Below are positions 39,191 to 51,689 of a DNA stretch of 64,000 nt, in pieces. The stretch comes from Octopus sinensis (Eukaryota), in the NCBI RefSeq assembly GCF_006345805.1, contig NC_043020.1:28954001-29018000 (forward strand), given 5' to 3'. Every line of letters starts with the position of its first letter. Position 1 is the first letter of the stretch. The position numbers and the translations under genes are program-made. The notes below the pieces were generated by a model that was given only the letters and a program-made list of their open reading frames with translations, was not told the origin of the DNA and ran no database searches.

Positions 39191-39899
39191 GTAGGTAGGT
39201 AGGTAGGTATGTTTGTACATATGTATGTGTGTGCGAGTACTTGTGCATGTGTGTGTTTTGCTTGATCAAATTATTCTCTTGCATTTGACCCTTCCTTTGT
39301 CCTGCAATCCTTAAGGTCACATCCTCCATTTTCATTGAGATTTTCAAACATGTTGTATGTTACTGAAACGTTTGATTGATGTTTGTGTCTCTCGTTTTCA
39401 AGGCCTAGAATGGTGTAATGTTCTCTGATAATAACCTCTTCATCTCCTCATTGATAGTGACCCAGAATAGAACAGCTATTGGCAAACTGTTAACATCTGT
39501 TGCATATGACTTTCACTCACAGATTGAGAGGTGGCTACATTGTGAAATTTGTCTAGTCAAAGGACACTTGTCATTTACATATATATGTGATATATGTGTG
39601 TGTGTGTATGTGTTCTTATGTGTGTATTATATATATATATATATATATACACAACACACACATACATGAGAATGCACACAATATGTATCTCTTATGATAA
39701 TATATATATAAATGACAAATGTTCTATGACTATACAAATTTCACAATGTAGTCATTACCATCATTTAACGTCTGTCTTCCCTGCTAGCATGGGTAGGGAG
39801 AGAGAAAGAGGGGGGGGTATAAGCATGGATAAGCTCAAGCATGGCTGTGTGGCACAATTGGGGGAGCATTGATTGAAATCATTTAGATTATGTGGTTAT

Positions 39900-40021
39900 T
39901 AGGGGCCCGGTTCAAGGTGCCATGTGCTTTTTAATATATGTTTTTCAGTTTTACAATTTTACTTGTAAGGGTGCCAAAGTTCAGCTTACCCGGGGTGCCA
40001 ACAACCCTAGAGCCAGCCCTG
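39900..40021. mobile_element. Short hAT-type MITE with 8-bp TSD
   Basis: GTGGTTAT at 39892-39899 and 40022-40029. Ends are taggggcccgg and gccagccctg. Confidence 0.7.
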
Positions 40022-40444
40022 GTGGTTATGCTTCTTTACACTGTTAGTTCAAATCCCATTCAAGTCTATCTCACCGTTCAACTCTATGTGCCCCTAAAAT
40101 AAATATTTGTGGTTCGTGTAATTTTCTGTGCACGAGAAAAGCGGGAGTCGGGGTGGGGGTTCCTGCCTTGCTAGATTCTAGTTATTAAAACTAGTAAAAT
40201 ATATGGGTGTATGTGTGTGTCTATAAGTCTGTGTGTGTATGTTGTGTTGTGTGTATGGGTGTGTTTCTATGGTGTGTATGCGTGTGAACATCTGGTGCTG
40301 CATTGTGCTGTGTGTGCGTGTGTGTGTGTTTAAGATTAACACTATCAGGCATTAATGCAGAATGCAATTTCCTACAAAATGCAATCATAATATTTATTAA
40401 ACAAAAGATATGACACAGGATAGTCATATCTTCTATCATATATA

Positions 40445-40491
<47 letters not shown>

Positions 40492-41772
40492 ATATATATG
40501 TACACACACACATACGTATATATCAACATATAATTGTTTATTTAATTATACATACATAAATGTATATACTTATTCATATACATACATACAAAGAAGAGGG
40601 AGTGAGAGAGAGATTTTAAGATAAATTTTTAACTTTCTTTCATATCTAGAATGGAACAAGTACATGTTACCTGTTTGCATTGAAGTGCATAAAAGACCTG
40701 AATACATTTATACATACATACCTAGTTATGTGTAACTAACAAGAGATCCGGTTGATGACTTTTCTAAGTTTCTTTTTTTTCGCTCTTAGTTTATTGCTAT
40801 ACAAACCGTGTACAAACAAACTTCTTTTCTTTTTCACAGACAAATTAATTTTAAACCATTATTTGTCCTGAGTATGACGTCAAACTGGATCCAGTTGTGG
40901 GGCCCTGGTTCAAGAATTTCAGGGTTTTGAGAAGTGTGCGACCTCTTCTTAGCCGTTACTGTTCACAGGTCTATTCTGACCCAGAATAGTCGCACCTGTC
41001 AGGGTCCTGGTTATGGTTTAATTAGCATATTAGGGCTTGCTTACTTATGCATGTGAAGGCACATGGCTCAGTGGTTAGAGCATCAGTCTTACAATCATGA
41101 GGTAGTGAGTTCGATTCCCTGACCGGGCTGCGTGTTGTGTTCTTGAGCAAGAAACTTTATTTCACGTTGCTCCAGTTCACTCAGTTGTAGAAATGAGTTG
41201 TGATGTCACTGGTGTCAAGCTGTATCAGTCCCTTTGCCTTTCCCTTGGTGTGGAGATGAGAGACTGGTATACATGGGCGACTGCGGGTCTTCCGTAAACA
41301 ACCTTGCCCAGACGTGTGCCTTAGAGGGGAACTTTCTTGGTGCAATCCCATGGTCATTCATGACCGAAGGGGATCTTTACCCTTTTACCTATGCATGAAG
41401 ACTGGATCTGGCAGACCCAGGGGAAGAAACCGTTGGGGTCCAACACAGGGGTAGGCACTGCAGCAACGCACGGTGGAGGGCAGAGGGCAAGATGAAGCAA
41501 ACAAGACACCTTGGTCACCCACTGCATCCGTTTCCATCCCCAGTCACCTGGATCTGGTTTTGCCACTGGACTGAAGATGGTCACGGACAAAGGAATGAGG
41601 TTGATGGTGAGCCACTCTAATTCACTTTGAATAAAGTCATTGCATAAGTCATTAGTCATCCCTTAGGATGACTAAATGGTCCTCGTTTTTCTGATGGTCA
41701 AACATTATACTCTACCATTGTTACACTGTCCATTCATTATTATATCATCCACCAATGTTTTTCTGACAATCA

Positions 41773-41803
<31 letters not shown>

Positions 41804-41929
41804 GTCTCCCTCTCTCTCTGTCCCTCTCTCTCTCACATCCCTGTTTAGGATTCATGTCTTCAGGCACCAGCAGTCTTGAACTTTTACGCCCAAAGATTGA
41901 AAATTCATGATTTTCCTTGAGATTCATAG

Positions 41930-42217
41930 ACACAAATATAAATACAATAAAAAAAAATACAAATACAATAATAACAAGACATAACAACAGGTGTCTTTTG
42001 ACTAAGGATGAATTAAATTAAGTTGGCGCGTATGGAAATGAAGCCTTACGGCCGAGATACAGAAATTTCACAATATTCTTCCCTGTGTTTGTGAAAATAT
42101 TGTATCTCTGCCGTAAGACTTCATTTCCATACGCGCCAGCTTAATTCAATTCGTCCTTAGTCAAAAGACACCTGTTGCTATGTTCTGTTATTATTTTTAT
42201 TGTATTTATATTTGTGT
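41930..42217. repeat. Long inverted repeat (~130-140-bp arms, ~17-nt loop)
   Basis: caggtgtcttttgactaaggatgaattaaattaagttggcgcgtatggaaatgaag pairs with cttcatttccatacgcgccagcttaattcaattcgtccttagtcaaaagacacctg. Confidence 0.9.
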
Positions 42218-42599
42218 AACATTGTTTTTTCCATCCTTGTTTTCGTATACATTCCATGCTTTCTTCCAAGGAATCTAATGCTCTTAGCTTAGTTTTTTCT
42301 TGGGGCAGGCCAGATTGGAGCAATTTCAACAATAATCAGCTGAAATTGCGAGGATAATCTGGTTCTTGACTGAAGATAGAAAACTTATAATGACCCATCC
42401 TTGTTTTCTTTGTATCGTCGATCTGGATGTTTTGTTGGCTCTTTTTGTATCACCTAGTTGTCTGAATGTTTTGCGTTCTTCTCCCATTTTGTAGTTTATA
42501 TATATATATATATTTCAGCGGTGGTGCCCCAGCATGGCCGTGGCCTTCAGGCTAAACATTTTTAAGGATTTAAGGATATATATATATATACAATGAAGC

Positions 42600-42865
42600 C
42601 AGTATACTCTGCTGGATGTGCAATGTCAGTGTGCATGTTTGACAGAGTGTAAGCATCTTGAGAGAAAAGTTAGGCATAAGATGCATCAGATGTGGTGTGC
42701 AAGAAAGATGACTGTGCTGGTATGGTCATGTGATGCATATGGATGAGGACAGTTGAGTAAAGAAATGCCAATCTCTAACTCTGGAGGGAACCAGTGGTAG
42801 AGGTAGACTCGAGAAGACATGGAATGAGGTGGTGAAGCATGATCTTCGAACTTTGAGCCTCACAC
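42600..42865 (+). mobile_element. Decayed RTE ORF2 C-terminal relic
   Basis: Degenerate copy of the WYGHV.MDEDS.VKKC..L..EG..GRGR..KTW.EVVKHDLRTL motif seen at 38076-38312. Confidence 0.7.
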
Positions 42866-42974
42866 TGGTTGCAGTTTAATGTCTTGACCAGAGTCCATAC
42901 CTCGTAGAATACAAGTTGTAATTACTGCCAAAGGCAGTCCTACCCCTTATTCAAATAAATTTATTTAAAATTTT

Positions 42975-43007
42975 AAGGTGTTTCCATTATTTTGTCCAAC
43001 CCCTGTA
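42975..43007 (-). mobile_element. Isolated Tc1-like TIR
   Basis: Reverse complement is TA-CAGGGGTTGGACAAAATAATGGAAACACC, a typical Tc1 terminal repeat. Confidence 0.55.
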
Positions 43008-45254
43008 TGTTCTGACATTCTTACAGCTCCCTCAGTCCACTTCCCCGGATTGTTAACTTTTATTGACCCCTTTAAAGATGAAAGGCAAAGCTGATCCTGG
43101 AATGCAGAGGGTGAGAACCAATACGGCAGGGCTTTCTAGTTAATACTCTAATGACTGTATCACTATTGTCAAACCACTTTAACACTCTCGTATGTATGCC
43201 ATTGTTATATTAACTATACACTATTATTAAACCAGCTGGCTCTGTGCTGTCAAAAATGACGGCTAATTGTAGTATTGTATATATAAATATGGATGCTAAA
43301 TCAAATTACTACACTTGTCAATGTTATCTAGCGGTCGTTTTTTGAGATGTTCACACAAACACTCACACGAACATTCACATACTTCCCTTGTACACACACA
43401 TGCGCTTACACACATATATTCACACAGAGTTGAAACGCTGTTTGATTTTTCTTTTCAACGTTGAATGTTCACCTTCCCACTTCCATTGCACACACATACA
43501 CACAAACATTCACATACATCCCCTAAACATACACACACACATATATTCACACAGAGTTGAAACACTCTCACTTCCAGTTTGCCATCACCCCTTCCTTCCT
43601 TATTCATCCATCACCCCTTCCTTTCTCATTCATATGTTGTGATGGAGAAAAATACAAGAGTATTTTTATAGATTAACAGTATTGTATGTCTGTTTCACAG
43701 TCAAAAACTGTTTCCCCATCTGTCTTTGTTTTATAAACAGAATACTATTTGTTCACTGCTTTACCATTGCAATAAGGAGAATTCTTCAACTATTTTGTAA
43801 CTTAACCGTTTTACATTCTGTCTAGTCAGCTCCTGTCGAACTGTCCAACTCATGCCAGCATGGAAAACGGACGTTAAATGATGATGATGATGAGGCGGAA
43901 GAGGAAGAGAAGGATGACTTTGTCTCAAGTGTAATACTTATTTATTATTCATATTGTTTTGACATAATTCTGCATTGTTTCATAGCTTTGCGATTTCGAT
44001 AAAGTGATTCTTTGTTTTACAGAATGACATTGTAGGGTTGGTGGGAGAGGTCAGACCTGTTCAGTTTGAACATCAAGTAGGTAGAATATTTGGGCCAGAT
44101 ATCATCATCATCATCGTTTAACGTTCGTTCTCCATGCTAGCATGGGTTGGACGGTTCGACCGGGGTCTGGGAAGCCAGGAGGCTGCACCAGGCTCCAGTC
44201 TGATCTGGCAGTGTTTCTATAGCTTGATGCCCTTCCTAATGCCAACCACTCCGTGAGTGTAGTGCATGGCTGGTTTAAATGCTTGAGGTATAATATAATT
44301 TCTATTGAGCTGTCAGATAAATTCATTCTTTTGTTTTTTTTCCTTCTTATATTTGGCACTCCATTGGTCATATTTCTGAAAAAAGGTGAAGTTTATTCAA
44401 ATTTTAAAAATGGCAAACAGAAATTGTTGAAGAAAAACAGAACTAAAAAAAAAATCTCATCAAAACATATTTTTTGTGTTAATTCAAATATTCAAATAAC
44501 ATTGGAAATGATTAAGATAAATGGAAAGGAAAAAAAAACAAATGCATTTATCTGGCAACCTGTCTGTCTGTGTATATATCTGTCTGTCTGTGTGTCTCTC
44601 TGTATTGGGCTGTGAGATAAATCCATTAGTTTTTTTTGTTGTTTGTTGTTTGTTTTACTTGGCACTCTTTTATCTTATGTCACAAAAGAGGTTAAAACTT
44701 AAAACTTATTCAAATTTCAAAAGAAATGAAGAAAAGTTGTAGAGAAAGAATAGCAATACAAAAAAAACCCCCAAAAAACCCCAGCCCCCCTCTCAAAAAC
44801 CCCATAAAACACCATGATGAAAGCATTTTTCATATTAATTCAAATAACGTTGGAGATGATTAAAATAAATGCAACACAAAGCAAATAATATAAACGAAAC
44901 GAATTTATCTGATAATCCAATATTTTACATTTAAGTAAACGAATTGCCAGTTATTATCAAAGCAATGAGCTGCGTCCTCTCCCCTATTCTTTCTCTGATG
45001 GGGGGTGGTTTTTATTTGTAAGTAAATCCCTGGCAGAGATATCCAGTGATGCCCTGTTTGTATATCAAAAGCGTCATGTGACAAAATGATGTGATCTGAG
45101 GAAGACTTAGCCACCGACTACAATTCAATCTGAATCATTAATCTCACCCCTAATCTCACCTGGTTGTCTTTATCCATCAGTCTCGGGTGGGGGGGGGGAC
45201 TAAAATGCCCATAAGCTGTTCCATTTCAAACAATTGAATAAAATATAAATATAT

Positions 45255-45361
45255 ATGTGTGTATGTATGTATGTATGTATGTATGTATGTATGTATGTTT
45301 GTATGTATATGTATACATATATGTACATATATTTGTATATATATATATATTTATATATATA

Positions 45362-45410
<49 letters not shown>

Positions 45411-45417
45411 ATATGTA

Positions 45418-45448
<31 letters not shown>

Positions 45449-45626
45449 ATTTATATATTATATATATATATATATGTATATATATATTATATATATATGT
45501 ATATATATATTATATATATATGCATATATATATATATATGTATGTATATATATATTATGTATATATATATGTGTGTGTGTGTGTGTATGTATATATATAT
45601 GTGTATGTATATATATATATATTATA

Positions 45627-45690
<64 letters not shown>

Positions 45691-45710
45691 TATGTGTGTG
45701 TATATATATA
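45255..45710. repeat. Large (TATG)n/(TA)n compound microsatellite
   Basis: Direct inspection. It accounts for the YIYI ORFs. Confidence 0.95.
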
Positions 45711-46313
45711 TCATTTAATAGTATTAATCTTTTAATCCTAACCAATGGGTTTGCTGTGGCCCGAGAAGCCTGGTGGGCCTGGAGACCACCTTCCCCCACC
45801 CCATCACAGTACTCCTATCTTGCCAACGACCCTCCCCCCTCTGCTGCTATCACTATTGTCACAGACTCCCCTTTATTGCTATAGCAACTCTGACATCGCT
45901 TCAGTTACTATTATACCTCAACAGCCAGTGTGACCTGCACCACAACCACGGGGGGGGGGCTTCCATAAACGATAATAATGAGGTACTGATATCCCCACCA
46001 TCACTGCTGTTGCCACCATTCTCCCCCCTCCCACCCCCACCCCTATCCATTGTCTCTACCACTTTCCCCCTCCTCCCTCCACTACCACAAGCCCCAACAG
46101 CTACCACCACTATCACTACTGCTTCTGCTGCTGCTGCCACCGACCACCACCACCACCATGACTCTCACAACCACAACCATCACTATCGCCACCACTACCA
46201 CCACCATCACCCTCCATCACCACCATCACCCTCCATCACCACCACTAACACTACCACCAATACTGCCACCACCAACACTGTCACAACTGCCACTACCCAC
46301 GACCACTATCACC

Positions 46314-47071
46314 ACCATGACCGTCCTTTGGCAAAACTTTCACTTCAGGAAGTGCCATGGAGCTTTGTTGACGTCCAACCACTGAGCTGAGTGTTGCCTG
46401 TTGTCCTAAAGAATCCACTTTTCATTGTAAGTAACAATCCAGTCAAGAAATGGGTTGTTCTGTTCTTGTTGCGTAAAAGAAGTGAAGATGACACTTCAAA
46501 ATGGCATTTTTTTTTGGTTGTCATTCAATTCGTGTGGCACCCATTTCTCAAGTATTTTTGTTTTTCCAATCTCTTTCAAGTGATTGGAAATTGTTGTATA
46601 CATTACGTCTAATTCAGAAGCAACCTCTCGAACAGTTGTGAGTGGATTGGCTTCCACTAAGGCTCTTAGTTGACCGTTGTCAACATCCAATGGCTGATCA
46701 CTACGCTTATAATCTTCAAGACTCTCATCACCGCTACGAAATTTCTTGAACCACCATTATGCTGTACGTTCATTAGTGGTTCCTGCGCCCAACGCATCGT
46801 TGATATCACGAGCTGTTTCAGCAGCTTTCCGGCCTAGCTTGAACTGGAATAAGAAAATTGTGCAAATTTGCTTTTTGTTCATATTGTATTCAACATTCTG
46901 GAAAAAACGGCTTAATTATTCAAAAAGAAAAAGAGTAACATGATTAGATAAAGCGAAAAATGGGTTTTAAGATGATATATAAAGTCAAAATAATTTAACA
47001 AAAATTAATTTGAAAATACATTATTTGAAACCAAAATTAAAAATCCTGCAAGGACTTTCTTGACAACCTTA
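46314..47071 (-). pseudogene. Mariner (Hsmar1/SETMAR-like) transposase relic with 5' TIR
   Basis: TIR TAAGGTTGTCAAGAAAGTCCTTGCAGG (47071-47045). ATG at 46882 gives MNKKQICTIFLFQFKLGRKAAETARDIN...*WWFKKFRSGDESLED...DNGQLRALVEANPLTTVREVASEL...KWVPHELNDNQK...PFLDWIVTYNEKWIL*DN...AQWLD, with stops and a frameshift. Truncated at the VMV motif. Confidence 0.93.
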
Positions 47072-47080
47072 TATATATAT

Positions 47081-47096
47081 GTATTGCTTCGGCAAT

Positions 47097-47136
<40 letters not shown>

Positions 47137-47187
47137 GGCCTCTGCGCAAGGATGACACACAAATTCATGAAGCATTCCATATTTTTT
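47081..47187 (+). pseudogene. RNU6: Full-length U6 snRNA copy, probably a retropseudogene
   Basis: GTATTGCTTCGGCAATACATATACTAAAATTGGAACGATACAGAGAAGATTAGCATGGCCTCTGCGCAAGGATGACACACAAATTCATGAAGCATTCCATATTTTTT. The ACAGAGA box and 5' hairpin are intact. It has three CpG>CpA changes relative to vertebrate U6, and the upstream sequence is a mariner TIR plus (TA)5 rather than a PSE/TATA promoter. Confidence 0.92.
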
Positions 47188-47615
47188 AAATGGCAGTGCC
47201 CCAGCATGGTCACAGCTCATGAGCTGAAACTAGATGAAATAAAAATAAAAATAAATAACCTAATATCATTAAGAAAGCACATTTGAAATTAAATAAATCA
47301 AGAATGAACTAGAATGAACAGTGTGATCGCAGAGTACTGAAAGCACAAATTCTGTTGGACCAGGCATGATATAAGGTTCGCAGACAACAAGTGGACCCAT
47401 GCAGTTGCCGAGTAGTTTCCAAGAGACGAGGAAAGACCACTTGGGAGGCCTCCATGACGATGGGGAGACAATTTGGCCAAACAATTTGTGCCAAGATGGA
47501 AAAGAAGGTTTCAATCAAGACAGAATTGGAAGCGCATTGTGACCAGCGGTGTATAACAGCAACTGATGGTCTAGTTGATACTGTGATACTGCATCGACTG
47601 TGATATATGTATGTA

Positions 47616-47702
<87 letters not shown>

Positions 47703-47816
47703 TATACACACATACATACACATATATATATATATATATATCATCATCATCATCATCATCGTTTAACGTTTGCTTTCCATGCTATATATATATATATGTA
47801 TATATATACATATATA

Positions 47817-48140
47817 TTAGGTCATCCCATAAATAATGCGGATGTTTTCAATTGCATGAAATAAAAGTTAATTTCTGTTAAATAAAATAGAGACAATTCA
47901 AGTTTTGTTAAGCCACTTTAGTACATTTATAATACCACAGCTGTTAAAAACTTTCCCTGTGTTCAATTGGGTCTTCTTATCTCCTTAAATTATATAAACT
48001 CTCTCACTATGGAAATTAATTTCTAATAAATAAAATAGAATCACTTCAATTTCCATCATGCTGCTCATTCTGACCCTGATTTATAAGTTAGATTATTACA
48101 CTACTGCAGTGCAGTTATGCTGCAGCTGTTAAAACTTTCA
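47817..48140 (+). mobile_element. Mariner-like TIR and adjacent non-autonomous fragment
   Basis: TTAGGTCATCCCATAAATAATGCGG following (TA)n. A second mariner-like end, TATGAGGGGGAGTCAAAAAGTAATGCC, lies at 50083-50109. Confidence 0.5.
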
Positions 48141-50735
48141 CTGAGCAGGCCTAACTTTTCATGAGAAAAAGAGACGTTTTTGACAAACAGGCGTCAAAAA
48201 AAAAATGTTTTTGACAAACAAGTGTCAAAAAACATGTTTTTGACAAACAGGCATCAAAAAGACGTGTTTTTGACAAACAAAATACAGAGAGTCACAAGGC
48301 TTTCTGTACTTTGAATTCAAATCCCACCAAGGTCAACTTTGCCTTTCATCCTTTTATGGTCAATAAAATAAAGGCAGTGCTCCAGCATGGCCACTGTCAA
48401 GTGACTGAAACAAGTAAAAGACAAAAGGTAGAGTCACCTGCTCTCCCAAGATTACCCTTGAAATACACGTCTATTTAACCCTAGGCAACAAGACTGATTC
48501 ATCTGAAACCGCCTACACATCAGTGAACATGTGTGATGTCTCGAGACCAGCCCTCCTCAGAGTCCTGTATTTTTAGTTAGTCATCTTCATGAGTCATGCT
48601 GACTCGTATGGGCCAGCTTCCCAGTTCCTCTAGTGTTTATATATTCCCCACCTGGACGGGATACCTGTCCGTCGCAGGATTACTCATTTTTACCAGCTGA
48701 GTGGACTGGAGCAATGTGAAATAAAGTGTCTTGCTCAAGAACACAACGCGTCACCTGGTCCAGGAATTGAAACCACAATCTTACAATCATGAGTCCAACA
48801 CCCTAACCTATTTCTTTACTACCCACAAGGGGCTAAACACAGGGGGGACAAATAAGGACAGACAGACAAAGGGATTAAGTCGATTACATCAACCCCAGAG
48901 CGTAACTGGTACTTAATTTATCGACCCCGAAAGGATGAAAGGCAAAGTGGACCTTGGTGGAATTTGAACTCAGAACGTAACGGCAGACGAAATATGGCTA
49001 CGCATTTCGCTCGGCGTGCTAACGTTTCTAACCATTAAGCCACACACCTCCACAGAGTCCTGTATGCCTTAACTACAAAACTATCTTCTATTTCACCTGT
49101 AACAAGGGTTCTTCATGTGTAATATAACCCTAGGCCTAAAGCAGTAAACTGGTAGAATGCTTTGCAAAACAGTGGGCAGAATGCTAAGTAGCATTTCATC
49201 CATCTTTATGTCCCGAGTTCAAATTCCTCCAAGGTTGACTTTGCCTTTTATCCTTTCGGGGTCAATAAACTAAGTACCAATGAAACACTGGGGTCAATGC
49301 AATTGACTTATCCCGTCCCCTAGAATTGCCGGCCTTGTGCCCAAATTTGAAATCACTATTACCTTGGGCCAGAGCAGACCAGAGGACACTGGTGACAAAA
49401 AGGTATCTCCATACCCTCCTAAATTCCTGAACTCCCAAGCTGGAGCCTCACCCCTGGATGCAGTGCAATACGGTGCACAGCTTATGATTGTTGTCTGTAC
49501 AGAGAGATTATTTCCTTTCCGTTTTTGACGCACAGTGCAGCATCTGACCATTTAAAAGTTAACACCAAAGTATTTAACAAAACACAGTGAAACCGCGTAG
49601 GCCAGCAGGCTGCATTGTTAGTCATGTCTGTCACTCTAATATTGATTCAAATAAGAATTTGTTCAGATATGTTTAACAGGTTATATTTTAATACTGTTTA
49701 TCTTTTTTTAGACAGTATTTTGATGTTGGCAACATTGCTTTATGCTTTGAAAAACTGAGTTGTTTTGTAAATTATAGCTTGTTTAATTTTTTTGTTATCT
49801 TATGGTTTTTTTTTCACAGCTTTGCTTCAGGAAAATTTTAAAACGATATATTATATTTATCTTCTTTCCGCCCACTAAACACAGAAATATATTTTTTTCA
49901 CTAATACCGTAAATTATGTAGGTGTAACAAGATCAAGAATTTAAAGCAGTTGAACACATTTTCTGATTGCTCAGTTCCACATTGTCTCTGATCAAACAGA
50001 CCCAAAACAAAAAATTCAATTCTTGCCATCACCATACTCCTCACTCTCTCACCCTTTTTTTTTTTAGACGTGGCATATGTGGTATGAGGGGGAGTCAAAA
50101 AGTAATGCCATTTTGTTCAGGACAGGTATAATCACCAACACAGGAACATGTATCATACATCAAAATGAAGCTGGTCCTTAAAGCATCTTCCACATAGCCC
50201 AACTTTTGGTTCCAAAGACTACAAATGTTCCAAAGAAGATAAACCTTGTTTGACTTTGAAATACTTGATTGCCAAATGTTTTGAAGTGACTGGGGCCCTG
50301 CAGGAAGAAATACGGGAGTCCAAAGGCTGCAGGACATCAGCCACATAGAAAAGAAGCTGTTACTTTACTGATTAGATTATGGACATCAAAAGCAAAGGAT
50401 CAGCCCCTACAGAAAAGGGTTGCTAAGGAGTTGTGCTCTCAGTATACTATTAGTAAACTAACAAGGTGCAAGTATTTTTGAAGAACTTCATGAGGGTCTG
50501 TATTTAGCCTTCTGTTCTTGTTTGAGTTCTCTCTGCATATACTTACACTTAGCGCTGTCATGTCATAAGTTCAAGGTCAGAGGTTAACCCAGTTTATAAA
50601 GATAACCCCCCCCCCCGTGAAAGAGCCACCAAGATATTATGGGGTCAACTTCCCAGCTGTTGCTTGAACTTATTTACAGCTGAGTTGACCAGAGCAGTGT
50701 AAAATGAAGTGTTTTGTTTGAGAACACAATATACC

Positions 50736-51689
50736 TATTTCTTTACTACCCACAAGGGGCTAAACACAGAGGGGACAAACAAGAATAGACAAATGGATTA
50801 TGTAGATTACATCGACCCCAGTGCATAACTGGTACTTATTTAATCGACTCCGAAAGGACGAAAGGCAAAGTCGACCTCAGCGGAATTTGAACTCAGAACA
50901 TAGCGGCAGATGAAATACCTATTTCTTTACTATCCACAAGGGGCTACATGCAGAGGGGACAAACAAGGACAGACAAACGGATTAAGTTGATTACATCGAC
51001 TCCAGTTTGTAACTGGTACTTATTCAATCGACCCCGAAAGGATGAAAGGCAAAGTCGACCTTGGCGGAATTTGAACTCAGAACATAGCGGCAGATGAAAT
51101 ACCTATTTCTTTACTATCCACAAGGGGCTACATGCAGAGGGGACAAACAAGGACAGACAAACGGATTAAGTTGATTACATCGACTCCAGTTTGTAACTGG
51201 TACTTATTTAATCGACCCCGAAAGGATGAAAGGCAAAGTCGACCTCGGCGGAATTTGAACTTAGAACATAGCGGCAGATGAAATACCTATTTCTTTACTA
51301 TCCACAAGGGGCTACATGCAGAGGGGACAAACAAGGACAGACAAACGGATTAAGTTGATTACATCGACTCCAGTTTGTAACTGGTACTTATTTAATCGAC
51401 CCCGAAAGGATGAAAGGCAAAGTCGACCTCGGCGGAATTTGAACTCAGAACATAGCGGCAGATGAAATACCTATTTCTTTACTATCCACAAGGGGCTAAA
51501 CACAGAGAGGACAAACAAGGACAGACAAACGGATTAAGTTGATTACATCGACTCCAGTTCGTAACTGGTACTTATTTAATCGACCCCGAAAGGATGAAAG
51601 GCAAAGTCGACCTCGTCGGAACGTAGCAGCAGACGAAATACTGCTAAGCATTTCACCTGGCGTGCTAATGATTCTGCCAGCTCACCACC
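50736..51689 (-). mobile_element. Meta-domain-like SINE pentamer (184-bp units) inside one 19-bp TSD
   Basis: Unit starts at 50731, 50915, 51099, 51283 and 51467. There is a single A-box head near 51689. TSD tttgagaacacaatatacc at 50717-50735 and 51690-51708. Confidence 0.9.

Noticed and set aside
42030-42065. ggaaatgaagccttacggccgagatac as a hammerhead core
   Set aside because: It lacks both CUGA and GAAA, so only a stem-II-like hairpin is present.
45255-46390. YIYI-rich and His/Thr/Pro-rich ORFs
   Set aside because: Microsatellite and trinucleotide low-complexity sequence.
49294-49551. 85-aa and 63-aa ORFs in non-microsatellite sequence
   Set aside because: The sequence resembles a decayed dispersed repeat (similar stretch near 40890-41010), and there is no protein motif.
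50731-51650. Regularly spaced repeats as a CRISPR-like array
   Set aside because: Units are contiguous 184-bp SINE bodies with no unique spacers, in a eukaryotic context.
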